DNA of 63,994 nucleotides, filler included, from Blastocystis sp. subtype 4 (Eukaryota), in NCBI RefSeq assembly GCF_000743755.1. It is 20 parts of 20 records of this genome, joined end to end, with 100 filler letters (N's around TTAATTAATTAA, not from the genome) between each part and the next. Parts side by side here need not be neighbours in the genome. Positions count along the whole stretch, not along the records: positions 39,176 to 42,105 come from NW_014568934.1; positions 42,206 to 45,634 come from NW_014568933.1; positions 45,735 to 48,647 come from NW_014568932.1; positions 48,748 to 52,818 come from NW_014568931.1; 16 more parts are not named here. One strand, written 5' to 3'. Numbering within the stretch: position 1 is the stretch's first letter; each line of letters opens with the position of its first letter. Position numbers and translations under genes: made by a program. Positions 39,444-52,311 of the stretch are shown here, one piece after another. The notes below the pieces were generated by a model that saw nothing but the letters and a program-made list of their open reading frames with translations, was not told the origin of the DNA and ran no database searches.

Positions 39444-42341
39444 TTTTGAATCATTGTATAGAGTAGTTTATCATCAATGATAAATGGATTTGGTATATGA
39501 GTAGAGTGTGTTGTTTGATAGTTTGTTAATAGGTGACTTATCATTTCTGAAATGTATCGTTGAATCATATCATTAGGAAATCTCATACTGTTTATTAATG
39601 TCAAAATCTTTCAGTATTCTTGAACCTTCAACATATCATATTTCGTTGCTAGAAAACAAACAACAAAGATTTTGTGCTTCATTGTTAGTCATGATTTGAC
39701 TTGAAATGGGTTGGATATGTGTTCCAAATTATGATCAAAATGTTGACCTTTTCGAGCTTCATTATTGGCCTTTTTGTCTGCATTTTCGTGGCGTTTTTGT
39801 CTGGTAGGGTTAAGCGTGTATAGCTACCCAGGGTTGGAGGCCCATGTTTGCGACGGTTTGTGTGGATAATATACGTCAATTACCTACTACTTAGAACCAA
39901 TCTGTTGATTCTGATCTCATTTTCTTCATATATCTAATAAATACCACTATTTTCGCATATGCAAAAGAGAGAAATGTGAATGAAGCTGTGCGGATAAAAT
40001 GAAGGAATGATGAAAAGTACATTCGTTCAGAATATGATCTTGATATTGTCTTTCTTCATTCTATTCATGTTCAAGTGGTTTGAATGATTCTATGATGAAT
40101 AGCCACATCTTATGGACTTTGTGAAGAAGAGTTCGATTTATTGTTTGGAAAGCAATTACATGTGTATCATGTGACAGAGTATTGTAAATGACACGAAATA
40201 TGAAAGTGGATAGACTTTGAAGTAGAGTCGTCTCTTTAATGAAAGTCTTGTTTATGAAAAGCGTTGGTCTGATCACAGTATTGGGTTGATTGAAGAATAA
40301 GATCTAGGATTCCTTCAGATGGATTCATGGATGAAGAATCTCATCATAATATCGCTTGTAATCCCTTCTCTAGTCTTGTTCGAACTCCTCGTCGAATCCT
40401 TTGGTCGTTTGTTGTGGATCCTCCATTCTTTCAGAATGTGGTAGGGTTCCTGTTCATGTAGGATCTAGACAACTCGCCGCCATCGTTATGAACCCAAATC
40501 CTTTGGTATGGAATATATTCCTTTGTCAACAAAGAAGGAAGGTTTCCTGTTTGTGGGAAATGGAAAGTATTACAGCAGGTTGAGTGCAGTTGGGATCATC
40601 AGAACGTGAATCTCATACAACTATGACAATGTTGAGTGTAGAAGAAGAGGAAGAGTGGGGGAGAAGTTGTGACTCTGGAGACATTCGAGTGGGGTTTGAG
40701 ACTGAAGCAATGTTGATAGAAGTAATGATTGTGGCTGAACAGAACGATTATCGGTTGATGCCAATTCGGGAGAATGGGAAGGCAAGGTATATTCTGTTTG
40801 GTTGACGTGTGGATGTGGATGAGGTATTGAGTCATATTGAACAGAAGGAGAACATGAATCTATAGTGGTCAAGAATTATGTGTGGAGTATGTGTATTCGT
40901 GGTAATGTTGATCCTCTGAGGATTGTTGGCTCTTTGAAGTGGGACCTTGAGTGAGTAAGTGAGTGATAGAATATGCCTCTTTTGTTATGGGTGTATGTTG
41001 TGGAGTATTGTGTCCAATGATAACAACGCTGGGAATGCGAGGATATTTGTATGGAATACGTGATGTGAATGTGCTTCGAATGGGATTTTATTTGATTTTC
41101 CCTCGGGCTCTGGCTGTATCTTTGGATGTACTATTCAAATTGATAAGAATGTATCGAATTAGCTTACAGATGAAACTGAAGAAAGAGGAATGTGTTGTTT
41201 GTAAAGAGAGTGGTGAAAGGAATGTGATGTTGGATACACAAACTAGTCCAATAGTCAGTTAGGTTAGAAAGGACTCGAATGCTCTGATAAAAGGGTTCCA
41301 AAGAACAGACTCTAAGTGAAGTCTATACAGTCTTGTCATATTGTAGTAAACAATACCTATACATGAACTGACATGAAATGTTCTTAGAAACAGTCAATCA
41401 TTGTCTGTTGAGATGTGAGTACAATAGAACAAGGAAAGATAAGACGACTGTGAACTATCAAGATTGGATTCCAAATAAGCAACAATTACTCAACAGTCTG
41501 GTTGATACCGCCTGCAAAGGTGCAACGATTCCACATATTCATTGATCCATAATTACTATACTCATTTGATTACTAAACAGTTCATTTGCCTTCTATGAGA
41601 GGCTTATGCACAATCTTATTGGTTCCAAGTCGACAGCCAATAGGCAACGATATTATGTTGATGAATAACCATTCCACTCAATTCTTCGAAGCTTCTATTC
41701 TTGTTTGTGAAATGAATGAGAATTGAGTTGAATAAGGAGAGGCCTATATCCTGTATTTAGGAGAATATGATTAGTCACATGTCGTTTATTTCCAAGAGTT
41801 GTTTTGAATCGATTGTTGCTTGAATTCATAACCAGTCAAACCAAATTGATGTAAATGACACATTATTAATGAGAGTTGATTCCACAACATTCTCTGATTC
41901 TAAGTGAATAGTTCTGGTGATGAAATATTACATGCATCAGAAACAGAGTTCATTATCAATAGAATCTAGTTATTTCTCAGGATATCTAATTCAGTGGATA
42001 ATTCTAAATAGCTTGTTCTTTCCGTCCTTTCCTATTCCTCTTTTGGAAATGTCAATTGCTGTTGCATAACAAGCAATCTATTTCGCTATTTGCCTTTGAT
42101 TCTATNNNNNNNNNNNNNNNNNNNNNNNNNNNNNNNNNNNNNNNNNNNNTTAATTAATTAANNNNNNNNNNNNNNNNNNNNNNNNNNNNNNNNNNNNNNN
42201 NNNNNATACTGTTGAACTGTAAGGGTTATTCGTGTTACTATGGGTTGTTTGTTGAGAGTAAGAGTGGATTTGAGGTATTTGGTATTGGAACATCTCATTG
42301 TGATATCATTCAATCCTTTGTTACTACAAACATTCATACAT

Positions 42342-43390
42342 CTAGTTTACATATTCTCCATCCCAAACCATATTACCATCAGCTGGAGCAGGGAAGAAGA
42401 ATGAAGGATCAGCAAATCTGTAACCCTTATCCAAGGCACGAATATCCTTCATATTCTCTTCGGTTAGTGAGAATGAGAAATCAAATACATTGAAGTTCTC
42501 AAGGATACGTTCCTTATGAACTGATTTAGGAATACAAACTGATTTAGGAATACAAATAGTACCACGCTGAATAGCCCAACGAATCATAATCTGAGCGGGT
42601 GTCTTGTGATGTTCTTCAGCAATACGAGCAATCACAGGATCCTTCATAGGTGAAGCATACTTATGAGGGAATCCACGATCAGCTCCACCTAATGGGAAGT
42701 AGGCCATGAAATACATTCCATTCTTATCCAACAGATCCTTCACTTCCCACTGTTGGAGATAAGGATGTAACTCAACTTGATTGACAGCAGGCTTAACAGT
42801 ACATCGTTCCAGAAGAAGTTGGACCTTCTTTCCCGAATAATTAGACACTCCAAGGGCTCTCAGAATGCCCTTGTTGTACAACTCTTCCAGTTTCCTCCAA
42901 GTTGGCATAAGTAGATCAATGTTGAATCCAAGTTTCTCACTGCCTTCAGGAGGGAATACGTCACAGTCAAAGAAGTAACCCTCTTGGCGTTTCTTTTCTT
43001 GCTCAGGAGGCAAGTTGAAGAAAGCAGCTTGATGGATCAGGAAAAGATCAATATAAGTAGTCTGCAGATCTTCAAGAGATTGGTTGACAGCTTTCTCTAC
43101 GTTCTCTGGTTTCCAATCGGAGACCCAAAGCTTTGAGGTAATGAACAGTTCTTCTCTCTTCACAATTCCCTCATCAATACACTTCTTGATAGCAGCACCG
43201 ACTTCTTTGTGATTTCTGTAAGCACAAGCAGTATCAATGAGACGATATCCAGCCTTGATTGCAGTTTCAACAGCTTCTGCACATGAATTTCCACCAGAGA
43301 GGAAAGTTCTAGGATCAAGAATTGCTTCAATCCTTACCCAAGTCCCAAAAGGGGCATCTTTACACCATTGTTCAGAATAACACTGTTCAT
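42342..43390 (-). CDS. Aldo-keto reductase
   Basis: LNNGVKMPLLGLGT, GYRLIDTA, LFITSKLW, LGVSNY, NQVELHPY and IPKS. One intron. Confidence 0.95.
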
Positions 43391-43760
43391 TTAGAAGATA
43401 TAAGTAATTGAAAGAAATAATGAAAACAATGAGGCTTGTAGTAAAGATCTTAGAGAAACTGTTCTGATTTGTGTCAAAGGAGATTAACCAATCAGATTGC
43501 TTGAACTTGTGATTGACAGATAAGGTTGTTTTCTAAGCAAAAGTGTTATTGTGTGGATATTCTATTGATTGGGAAAATAACCATAAAAGTAATCTGAATA
43601 GATCGTTTTTCCTTGTGAGAGAATTGGATTGTATTTTGGAGTTGTGCAACAGAGAGAGGAAGCGGAGATGAAAGGATAGGTGTGGATCAGTATATAAGAA
43701 GGAGAAGGCGGTAAGGAACCGTGGTTCTTAGAAGCATAAGAAATCTTCAACAAACACGAA

Positions 43761-45347
43761 TAATGACTACTCCACTGAATAGTACTGAGATCAATGCCTT
43801 GCTGCTTCATCTCCCATAAAGGACTGAGATCACGAAGTCTTCGGACCTGCTCAACAATCATATCAACAGCAGCATCAACTTCCCACTCCTTCGTGAACCG
43901 AGAAAGTCCAATTCGGATACTCGTATGAGCCAAATCATCACGAACTCCCAATGCTCGCATAACATAACTAGGCTCCAAAGAAGCACTAATTATCATAAGA
44001 ATAATCCATAATTACCTAGTGCAGGCACTTCCCGAACTTACAGCCAATTTCGGCATTGCCATAATCAGTGACTCTCCTTCAACACACGAGAATGAAAAAT
44101 TCAAATTACCAGGCCAACGATGCTCTCGATCACCATTCAGTGTCACATCAGGCAATTCCTTCATAATTCGATCATAGAAGTGATCCGAGTATTTCTTGAT
44201 ACGCTTGTAATCTTCTTCCATCTCATTCTTGCATAATTCAGCAGCTCTACCAAAACCCTAGACATGAATGGAGATCAATACAGCATACCACAACCAAAGG
44301 AGTAGGAAGAGTTCCAGAGCGGTAACCACGTTCCTGACCACCTCCAGACATCAGGGGTTCCAGACGGACACGAGGCTTTCTTCGAATGTAGAGAGCTCCT
44401 ACACCCTTGGGTCCGTAACACTTGTGACCAGAAATTGACATGAGATCGATGTTCATTTCGTCTACGTTCAAAGGAAGCTACGCATAAAGCAAAGAGCGAA
44501 GAACGACTTTTCCGAACATTTGAGCACAATCTGAATGGAAGAACACTCCCTTCTTTCTGCAAAGAGCACCAATTTCCTTAAGAGGCTGTACAACACCAAT
44601 CTCGTTGTTGACCCCCATGATCGATACGAGACTTGTCTGGTCAGTAATTGCATTTTCCAGATCTGTTAAAGAAATGAGTCCATTCTTTTGAACGGGAAGA
44701 TAGGTGACTTTGAAACCTCGTTCCGAAAGCCAACGACAACTATCCAACACACATTTATGTTCCTAAAATGAAAGACACAAAATGAGACTACAATTTGGGT
44801 GGTGATAATATGGTTCTTCTTCGATTTATAGAACTGAGCAACTCCTTTCACAGCAATATTATTGCATTCGGTGGCACCTACTATGAGAACAAGAACACGA
44901 TAAATACCAGATGTGAAGATGATCTCTTTGGGGGATGCACCAATGAGGCTTGCCACTTGTTCTCGTGCTTTCTCAACAGCAGTTGCTGCGCTCCAGCCGT
45001 AAATGTGCGTTTTAGAATGAGGATTACCGTAATCTTCAGTGAAATACGGAAGCATGGTTTGTAGGACTCTGGTATCCATACGTGAAGTAGCCTACATGAT
45101 TACATACAAACCCAAATACTCTACGCCACTATCCATGTAGATTACGTCTCTCAAATCGAGATCCTTATTAATAAGACGATCGTTATATCTCGAGTCATCA
45201 TCTTCAGTACTGCAACTTGAGAATGAAGCTAGTTATAAGTTAGAATACCTATTTCCCACCCAATGGGATTTTCGTAACTAATTGAATCGAAGGAATGATC
45301 GATCTGCATGCTAATCCCAATATCTTGGTAGAATGTCTAGCCAACAT
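43761..45347 (-). CDS. NFS1: Cysteine desulfurase NFS1/IscS with organellar presequence
   Basis: [51 protein letters not shown] and SPLWEM..IQWSSH. The stop is completed by poly(A). Confidence 0.95.
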
Positions 45348-45439
45348 CACTTGTAACAGAAAGAATGACAAAGTTATAAAGAGGGAAACGTAGAAACCAC
45401 ACGTTTTTGATTGATTTGTTGATACAAACATTCACAAAC

Positions 45440-45634
45440 TAGTTTACATATTCTCCATCCCAAATTATGTTTTGATCTGCTGTTTTGGGAAAGAGGAAAG
45501 AAAGGTTAGCGAATCTGTAACCCTTATCCAATGCCCGAATATCCTTCATATTCTCTTCAGTTAGTGAGAAATCAAATACATTGAAGTTCTCAAGGATACG
45601 TTCCTTATGAACTGATTTAGGAATACAAATAGTA
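45440..45634 (-). CDS. Second aldo-keto reductase paralog, C-terminal fragment
   Basis: Near-identical to 42342-42560 ([22 protein letters not shown]...WDGEYVN*). Confidence 0.9.
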
Positions 45635-45734
45635 NNNNNNNNNNNNNNNNNNNNNNNNNNNNNNNNNNNNNNNNNNNNTTAATTAATTAANNNNNNNNNN
45701 NNNNNNNNNNNNNNNNNNNNNNNNNNNNNNNNNN

Positions 45735-46038
45735 GCCTTCTCTCCACGAATGGTGGCATGAACAGAGATCTTCTCATTACGACGAATAGAGAAAGAACGA
45801 ATCGTGAAACGAGCTAAGTATTAACACTTTCAAACAATAAATCCCCTACCCTTTCCATAGACTGGTTCCTGACCAGTAATCTGCTGGAGGACACGAGCAG
45901 CCTTCGAAACAGCATCACCAGATTCACCAACACAAATGTTGATCACCAACTTCTCAACACGGATGTTTCGCATGACGTTTGCCTTTTCACTCTACAAATT
46001 CGTTAGGTGAGACCCCTAAACACAAAACCATCTACCAT
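45735..46038 (-). CDS. RPL11: 60S ribosomal protein L11 (uL5), 3'-truncated
   Basis: [48 protein letters not shown]. Confidence 0.95.
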
Positions 46039-46174
46039 TATCGGAACAGAGTATTTGCCTTGAGAATTAAGAAACCAAAAACAACCACAGTAGAATCTTG
46101 AACCACTCATTTTCATATTCCGTAGTTGTCCCTTTCAAAACAGTATTTCAAAAAACATAGAACCAATTAGCAGC

Positions 46175-47513
46175 TTACAAGTAGTGATTTAACAGTACCT
46201 CGAATTTCTCTTGCTTTGCTGATTGAGGAGTGGGCTTTCCATTCTTCAAGATGTACTCTTCGCATTCCTCAAAGGTAGCCTCTCCCTTCTCAATACGAGC
46301 ACCAAGACCAGTCGTGTAAGATTCATATCTCTTGTCAACTAGATCCTGGTAGATGCCATCATTCATTATCTTCTCAACGATCAACAAAGCTCGAGCAAAA
46401 GTATCCATGGCTCCAATATGGGCAACAAACCGATCTTCAAGATCAGTCGACTCTCTTCTTACACGGGCATCAAAATTGAGACCACCACTGTGGAGACCAC
46501 CTGCACGAATGATATGATACATCACAATGACTGCTTTCTTAACATCCATAGGGAACTGATCCGTATCCCAACCAAGAAGAGTATCTCCGGTGTTCGCATC
46601 GACAGATCCAAGCATCTGTTCATTGCATGCGAAGATGATGTCATGCTCATAGTCATGACCTGCAAGAGTTGTGTGATTCGGCTCAATATTTAACTTGAAG
46701 TCTTTGTCAAGTCCATACTTGCGGAGGAATCCAATCACAGTCTGAGCATCGTAGTCGTATTGATGTTTCGTAGGTTCACGAGGTTTCGGCTCGATCAGCA
46801 GCTGGAACGTAGCTCCGATCTTTTTCTTGTAGTCAACAGCCATACGCATAAACTGGCCCATATGATCCAGTTCCTTGCCAGGAAGACTGTTCAAAACACT
46901 TTGATAACCCTCACGACCTCCCCAGAATACATAATTCTCACCTCCAAGTTTCTTGGTGATTTCCATGGCCTTCTTTACCTGAGCAGCAGCCAGTGCAAAC
47001 ACATGAGCATCGGGATTTGTCGAAGCACCATTCATGAAAACACGATCTCCGAACATGTTTGCTGTACCCCAAAGCAGCTTAACACCCGTTTCTTTCTGCT
47101 TCTGAAGCATATAATCGGAGATAATATCGAGTCTTTGATTCGTTATCTCCAAAGTCTCTCCTTCCTCGACAATGTCACGATCGTGGAAACAATAATACTC
47201 CACTCCCAGCTTAGTGAAGAACTCAAAAGCTGCATCACACTTTCTCTTAGCTTCAGTAATAGGATCTGAACCGTCACACCAAGGTCGTGGAAGTGTAGGA
47301 CCTCCGAACTGATCCGTTCCTTGATAGCAGAAAGTATGCCAGTAGCAGACAGCAAATCGCAGGTGATCTTTCATTTTCTAGAAGTGAGAGTTGTAAATAC
47401 AGCCCTACCTTGCCCAATACGACTTGATCAGCATTGTACCACTTAAACGCAAGGTCGTTCATACTTGCGCTTCCTTCATATTGAATTTTGCCAACACCAG
47501 GAAAATATTCCAT
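46175..47513 (-). CDS. xylA: Xylose isomerase (class II)
   Basis: HLRFAVCYWHT, CFHDRD, VFWGGREG, IEPKPREP, NIEPNH, GWDTDQF and GGLNFD. A 31-nt intron at 47378-47408. Confidence 0.97.
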
Positions 47514-47680
47514 TGTTAAAAAAAGAATGATATCCAATCCCTCAAAATGCATTGTCAACTGATTCTTGATAATCAAGCAATGTAACAACTACTAATGGTA
47601 GTTACAATAACAAAATCTCATTCTTTGGGAACAAACATATATGATAATTAAAGGAATTCTAAATATCACAAATGTTGCAG

Positions 47681-48394
47681 CTATTCAGAATCTTGCTGCT
47701 CTTCTTCAGTATCACTTGGAACAATGCTGGCTTCATCGACTTCTACAAGTGGCACCAAGCCTTGGGAAACATCAGCATCCTGGGACGATACAGATCGAGC
47801 ATGAGTCAGCACCAAATCCAAACGACCACGTAACTTGAGAATCTTCTTATACGAAGCAGCTCTGTTATCTAGGAGCTTCCTCAAATATGTTACTTTCTTC
47901 TGCAGATCAGGTACCGACATCATAAAAGAACTGTGATAATGGAGCAGAGTTTTGATCCATAGCAACAAAGAAGAGCCCCTCTACACATCAGCAAAGCAAC
48001 AATCACCTACTCGAGGATTTGCTTCCAGTTTCATCACCAAAATGTCTAAGAGTGGAAACACACCGCGAACTTCAAGTCGTTGAATCGTTTGATTCACAAT
48101 CTAAAGATAAGTGAACAAACATGAGTCCTACACGTTCGTCATGGATGGTCAATACATTATCGATTTGATTGTAATCGTTTGTTTGTAAATACTGGGATAG
48201 AAGTACTTCCATTGAACCAGTCTTAGGCATCTTTTTTAGTTTCTTTTGCGATTGCATTTCTGAAAGGACATCCGTTGGTTCGTCAGGTTCTAAAGACTCC
48301 AGTCGCTTCCCTAAAGGAATTGTCGACACAGCTTCAAGATCGTCTAGATGTTATTACAATGTCATTGCAATATACTGCTGTCACTGTCTGACAT
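47681..48394 (-). CDS. UTP5/WDR43-like Utp12-domain protein
   Basis: SMEVLLSQYLQTND, LLWIKTLL..H and LKLRGRLDL with an acidic tail. TGTTTGTT on the minus strand at 47630-47637. Confidence 0.75.
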
Positions 48395-48747
48395 TCTTCT
48401 AGTTTTGAATAACTGGTTCTTATCCAAATGAACCGAATCAGACTATTCCCGCGGATTTCATTCTTTCGCATTTATTGTTCTCAAGAGTAAGATCTGATTG
48501 GAAATCTAATGAATCTAATGAATGCCGTAGATAATGCAAGACGACGACATTTTCGAGCAGAACCTCTGTCACATCCGTCGATGCTATGTATACAAGATTC
48601 CCCCAAGAAACACTGGTATGGGATACCGTGCAGCCGGTTGGACAAACNNNNNNNNNNNNNNNNNNNNNNNNNNNNNNNNNNNNNNNNNNNNTTAATTAAT
48701 TAANNNNNNNNNNNNNNNNNNNNNNNNNNNNNNNNNNNNNNNNNNNN

Positions 48748-49806
48748 TTTCCATAAGTGTGAAATCGTTCATCATAGATTGGAGTGTTTGTTCCTTTTCG
48801 TAGAATGTAGTATCTACAATTCATTGATTCTATCAATACTACGGTTCTTGTCTTCTATCTCGAGCACATCGAAGTCGAACAATAGATTCTTTCTGTTGAG
48901 TGATATTGTGTAACCAATATGGATTTGCATAATACTAATCATCAATCTCTTCAATAATCATCACATGAGTGTAGTAATTACCTCTTCGAAATACACAAAT
49001 CTCTGTTTCAACACACTCTTTCAACATTTCCAGATTCTCTGGCATCAACATTGAATCACTACAATTGATTCATTCATTATTACTCACATCTTCACACATT
49101 CTTACAACAATAAGGAGTGATTCGATTTACATTCAACATGATCAATGGAATCACAATTGCAACATCTTCTGCTTCCATTATACTTGAAGGAAGTGTACTA
49201 ATCTCAGATTCGAGAGAATCAACTATCCATTCATCCATATCCAATACTAGATAATGAGTTGTTGTTACTCTTTTAATCCCTTCATTTCTCAATACATTCA
49301 TTGGATATATCGATACATTCCATTCTGTATCTTCAACAATATAGAGAATGATATGAAAACGAGAAGGATAGTGTTTGGATTCAATGAATTGAATCAATGA
49401 TTCTTCTTCTGATTATACGCTTGCAATCACAAATCCATTCCATAATCGTAATGTTCGATCAAAGAATCCCATTCTATTTGGTCTAATCATTATTCCATCT
49501 CACTTCATTCACTTTGTTGAATAGACTAAAGTGACAACAGAAGAAACATGAGTGTCTCCATGATCTGTTTCTGAACTACCATAGAACTCTCGGATAGTAA
49601 TGAGGTTTCTTCACTGAATCAACTGGACATGAGAGTTCTGGAAATGATCCTGGAAACTGATGATATAGTACTCTTGTTTCTCGATGATAGGCAAGAGAGG
49701 ATTGAATACTCTCACTATCCTCAGTAACATGATTAGAGACCATGAAGAGTTGTAACTGAGTCAATAATAATAATGGGGAGACAAACAACAGAATCAAGAT
49801 ATTCAT
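48748..49806 (-). CDS. Second GT49/LARGE-like glycosyltransferase, 3'-truncated
   Basis: YPMNVLRNEGIKRVTTTHYLVLDMD, EPYYILRK..PIYDERF and an N-terminal anchor. Confidence 0.78.
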
Positions 49807-52015
49807 TATTGAGTATCAGAAAACTCAAAGAGAATACAAATTGATTGATTATCGAATAATCTAGTCTTCTATCTCCTCTCTGTAGTTATTCAATTCTGGA
49901 TAATGAGTTCCAAATGGAATAGACAATAGAATAGAGATCATAACCAAATCAACAATAGTGAATTCCTTTGATTGAACAACATAGATGAAACTATTGGAGT
50001 GAAAGGATGTTAGAATACTTGTATTCATTCTATTGAAATGATAACTATCACTATAGAGTGTCTCCTCATTGATGATTGTGTTTGTCATTCTTAGTATTCA
50101 ATCTACATTCTAATTGATATCCATTATCAACAATCTGTATTCAGATCAACAGAAATGAGATGATTATTGAGAAGAAAGATGAGTCATATGATTAGAAGAT
50201 CAAAACGGAGAAATGGTCAACTCAACAGTGTGACTACTTTGATTATCAATATCACTGAGCATACAAGAGTTTCATTCACAATTCTGTCACATTTCCTACT
50301 CCTTAAGCATTAGCTCTATCATCATATCATCATTACTATCATCATCACAAATGATATTGATTAACAAATATACTCGTACTATCTTCAAATACTATCTCAT
50401 TATCATTCTACTCATTCTTATATCATTTCATCTTCTATTCATCTTCATTCTATTCAATCATCATATTCAATCATTCTCATATCATTACTATCTCAAATTG
50501 TGATTCTGAATGATACCTATTCTCATCAAATCATCATCATTCTCATATTCTATCTCAATCGATTCTATATCATTCTATCTATTCAATCAATATCAATTCA
50601 CAATCTCAAACACTCTTCTTCAGACAAACAATCAATTCATATATTAAATTCACTTCTATTTCCTTATTCTATTTCACTCTCTTTCTCTTTCAAATCACCT
50701 CTATTTCATTCATATGTTATCATATTCACTTCTATTATTCATATTCTTTCCAATCATCTATCAACTATCCTATTTCTTTAAATAGAGAGATTCTCAAGCA
50801 CAACTCGTACTATCAATCTCAATTGAGATAATCATCATGAAATCAATTTGATGAGAGAGTGTAAATAATAAATGTCACTATTAAGAATGATGTCTGACTC
50901 AAACAACAAGAGAAGTCCCATTCTTTTAACTGGTATTCATTCAAACCACATTAATAATGATAAGAGGGTTTGAGTTTTGGAGGATAACGATGCATGCTAC
51001 GTAAAAGAAGGCCCTATAGAAGCCGTAAAACACAATTCCGAGCAAGAATTGTAACTTGGGATGGTAATATATGAGATGGCCCACAAAAGATAATATGGCA
51101 GACAATTTCCAACTAAACAAGGAAGAAGTTAACCATTTCAAGCCAATAGTAGGAAACAATAAGGACAAAAAGTATGTCGTTAATTATCAACAAAGGTCAG
51201 CACAGCTTGAAGTGTCAACCACCTGCGTAAATTGCCAGGACAATTTTGCTCAATTGTAGATTGAGTAAGAACTAGAATTTAGTTGTTAAAGTAGTAGAAT
51301 GATATATCCTAATAATATAATTCAAAACAATAAATCAAAAATGATACAGTATTGTTAATCGAGTATGGAAAGCACTATTCTAATAACATATCAGGTCCAA
51401 TTAACGTTGATGGAACTACTGTTCACGATGATTAAGAAACATGCACAAAGAGTGCCCATTACCATTGATGGAATTATGTATATGTTGGCAATCAACAGTA
51501 TATACTACTTATACTAGAAGCAGTATTCTGTGAACATGGAATCACCATATTGAAGGATCCAGAACCTGTTATTGAAGACAAAACCATTCATTCTTATTCT
51601 GAGTTCAATAAATGTATTTCTACTTTGTTTGTGTTACTAAATGAGCATTCTCATACTCTCTTCCATAGATACTCAAAATGATCTGCTAGATGTTTTGTAA
51701 GGGTATTATTCATTATGATAAGCAGAACACCTAAACACCAAGCATGCACTGCGGAGGGTGTAGGGCAAGCGCCTCACCTCCTTGTGCTGACGCAATAATT
51801 GTATGCTAAATAGTAAAAGAAAATGGTCAAATGGTATATACAAAAGTAAACAAAACTATCTGACACTAAAGATGGTACATAATCAAGGTTATGAACACCA
51901 CCAAATGTGTGACCGAAAATATGGATTAATTTACTGTTCATAGAAATGGATAGAAACATGGAAGATGGTTGGAGTAACAGATGACGGGAAGATGGTTGGA
52001 GTAACAGATGACGGA

Positions 52016-52108
52016 TGGATTCATAATACTCTTTCAAAATGGTGAAATGGAAAGGTACAAACGGGTCGGTTTTCCATTTCACCATTTTGAAAGAGTATTA
52101 TGAATCCA
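52016..52108. repeat. Perfect 38-bp inverted repeat with 17-nt spacer
   Basis: TGGATTCATAATACTCTTTCAAAATGGTGAAATGGAAA (52016-52053) and its exact reverse complement at 52071-52108. Confidence 0.97.
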
Positions 52109-52311
52109 CCCGTCACCCGTCACTTCGTCACTTTTTAACCTCATAATCAAGTCAAAACATGGATTATTGTCAAGGAAAGGTGACCGGATGTATTTGTTGA
52201 TTTTCCATTTCCCCATACTGATCCATTTTGCCTTTACATAGTAGAAACATGTTTCCTTTTACTTTTACAAAGTAGCAAATAGTGATTTGCCTTTTATTAC
52301 ATAGTAATAAC

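Noticed and set aside
39980..41290. Probable multi-exon plus-strand gene ending in CVVC
   Set aside because: No consistent exon structure or recognisable family could be built, so it was not called.
43562..43760. C-terminal extension of NFS1 in the ORF track
   Set aside because: Better explained by a poly(A)-created stop at 43761.
42342..47513. Apparent xylose cluster (aldo-keto reductases next to xylose isomerase)
   Set aside because: A linker at 45635-45734 separates them, so the adjacency is artificial.
49861..51720. Short ORFs in a TCA/ATT-rich tract, including a transporter-like fragment at 50941-51260
   Set aside because: Low-complexity intergenic DNA. The hydrophobic fragment is too degenerate to assign.
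51961..52014. 27-bp direct repeat as a possible CRISPR
   Set aside because: Only two abutting copies with no spacer, in a eukaryotic context without cas genes.
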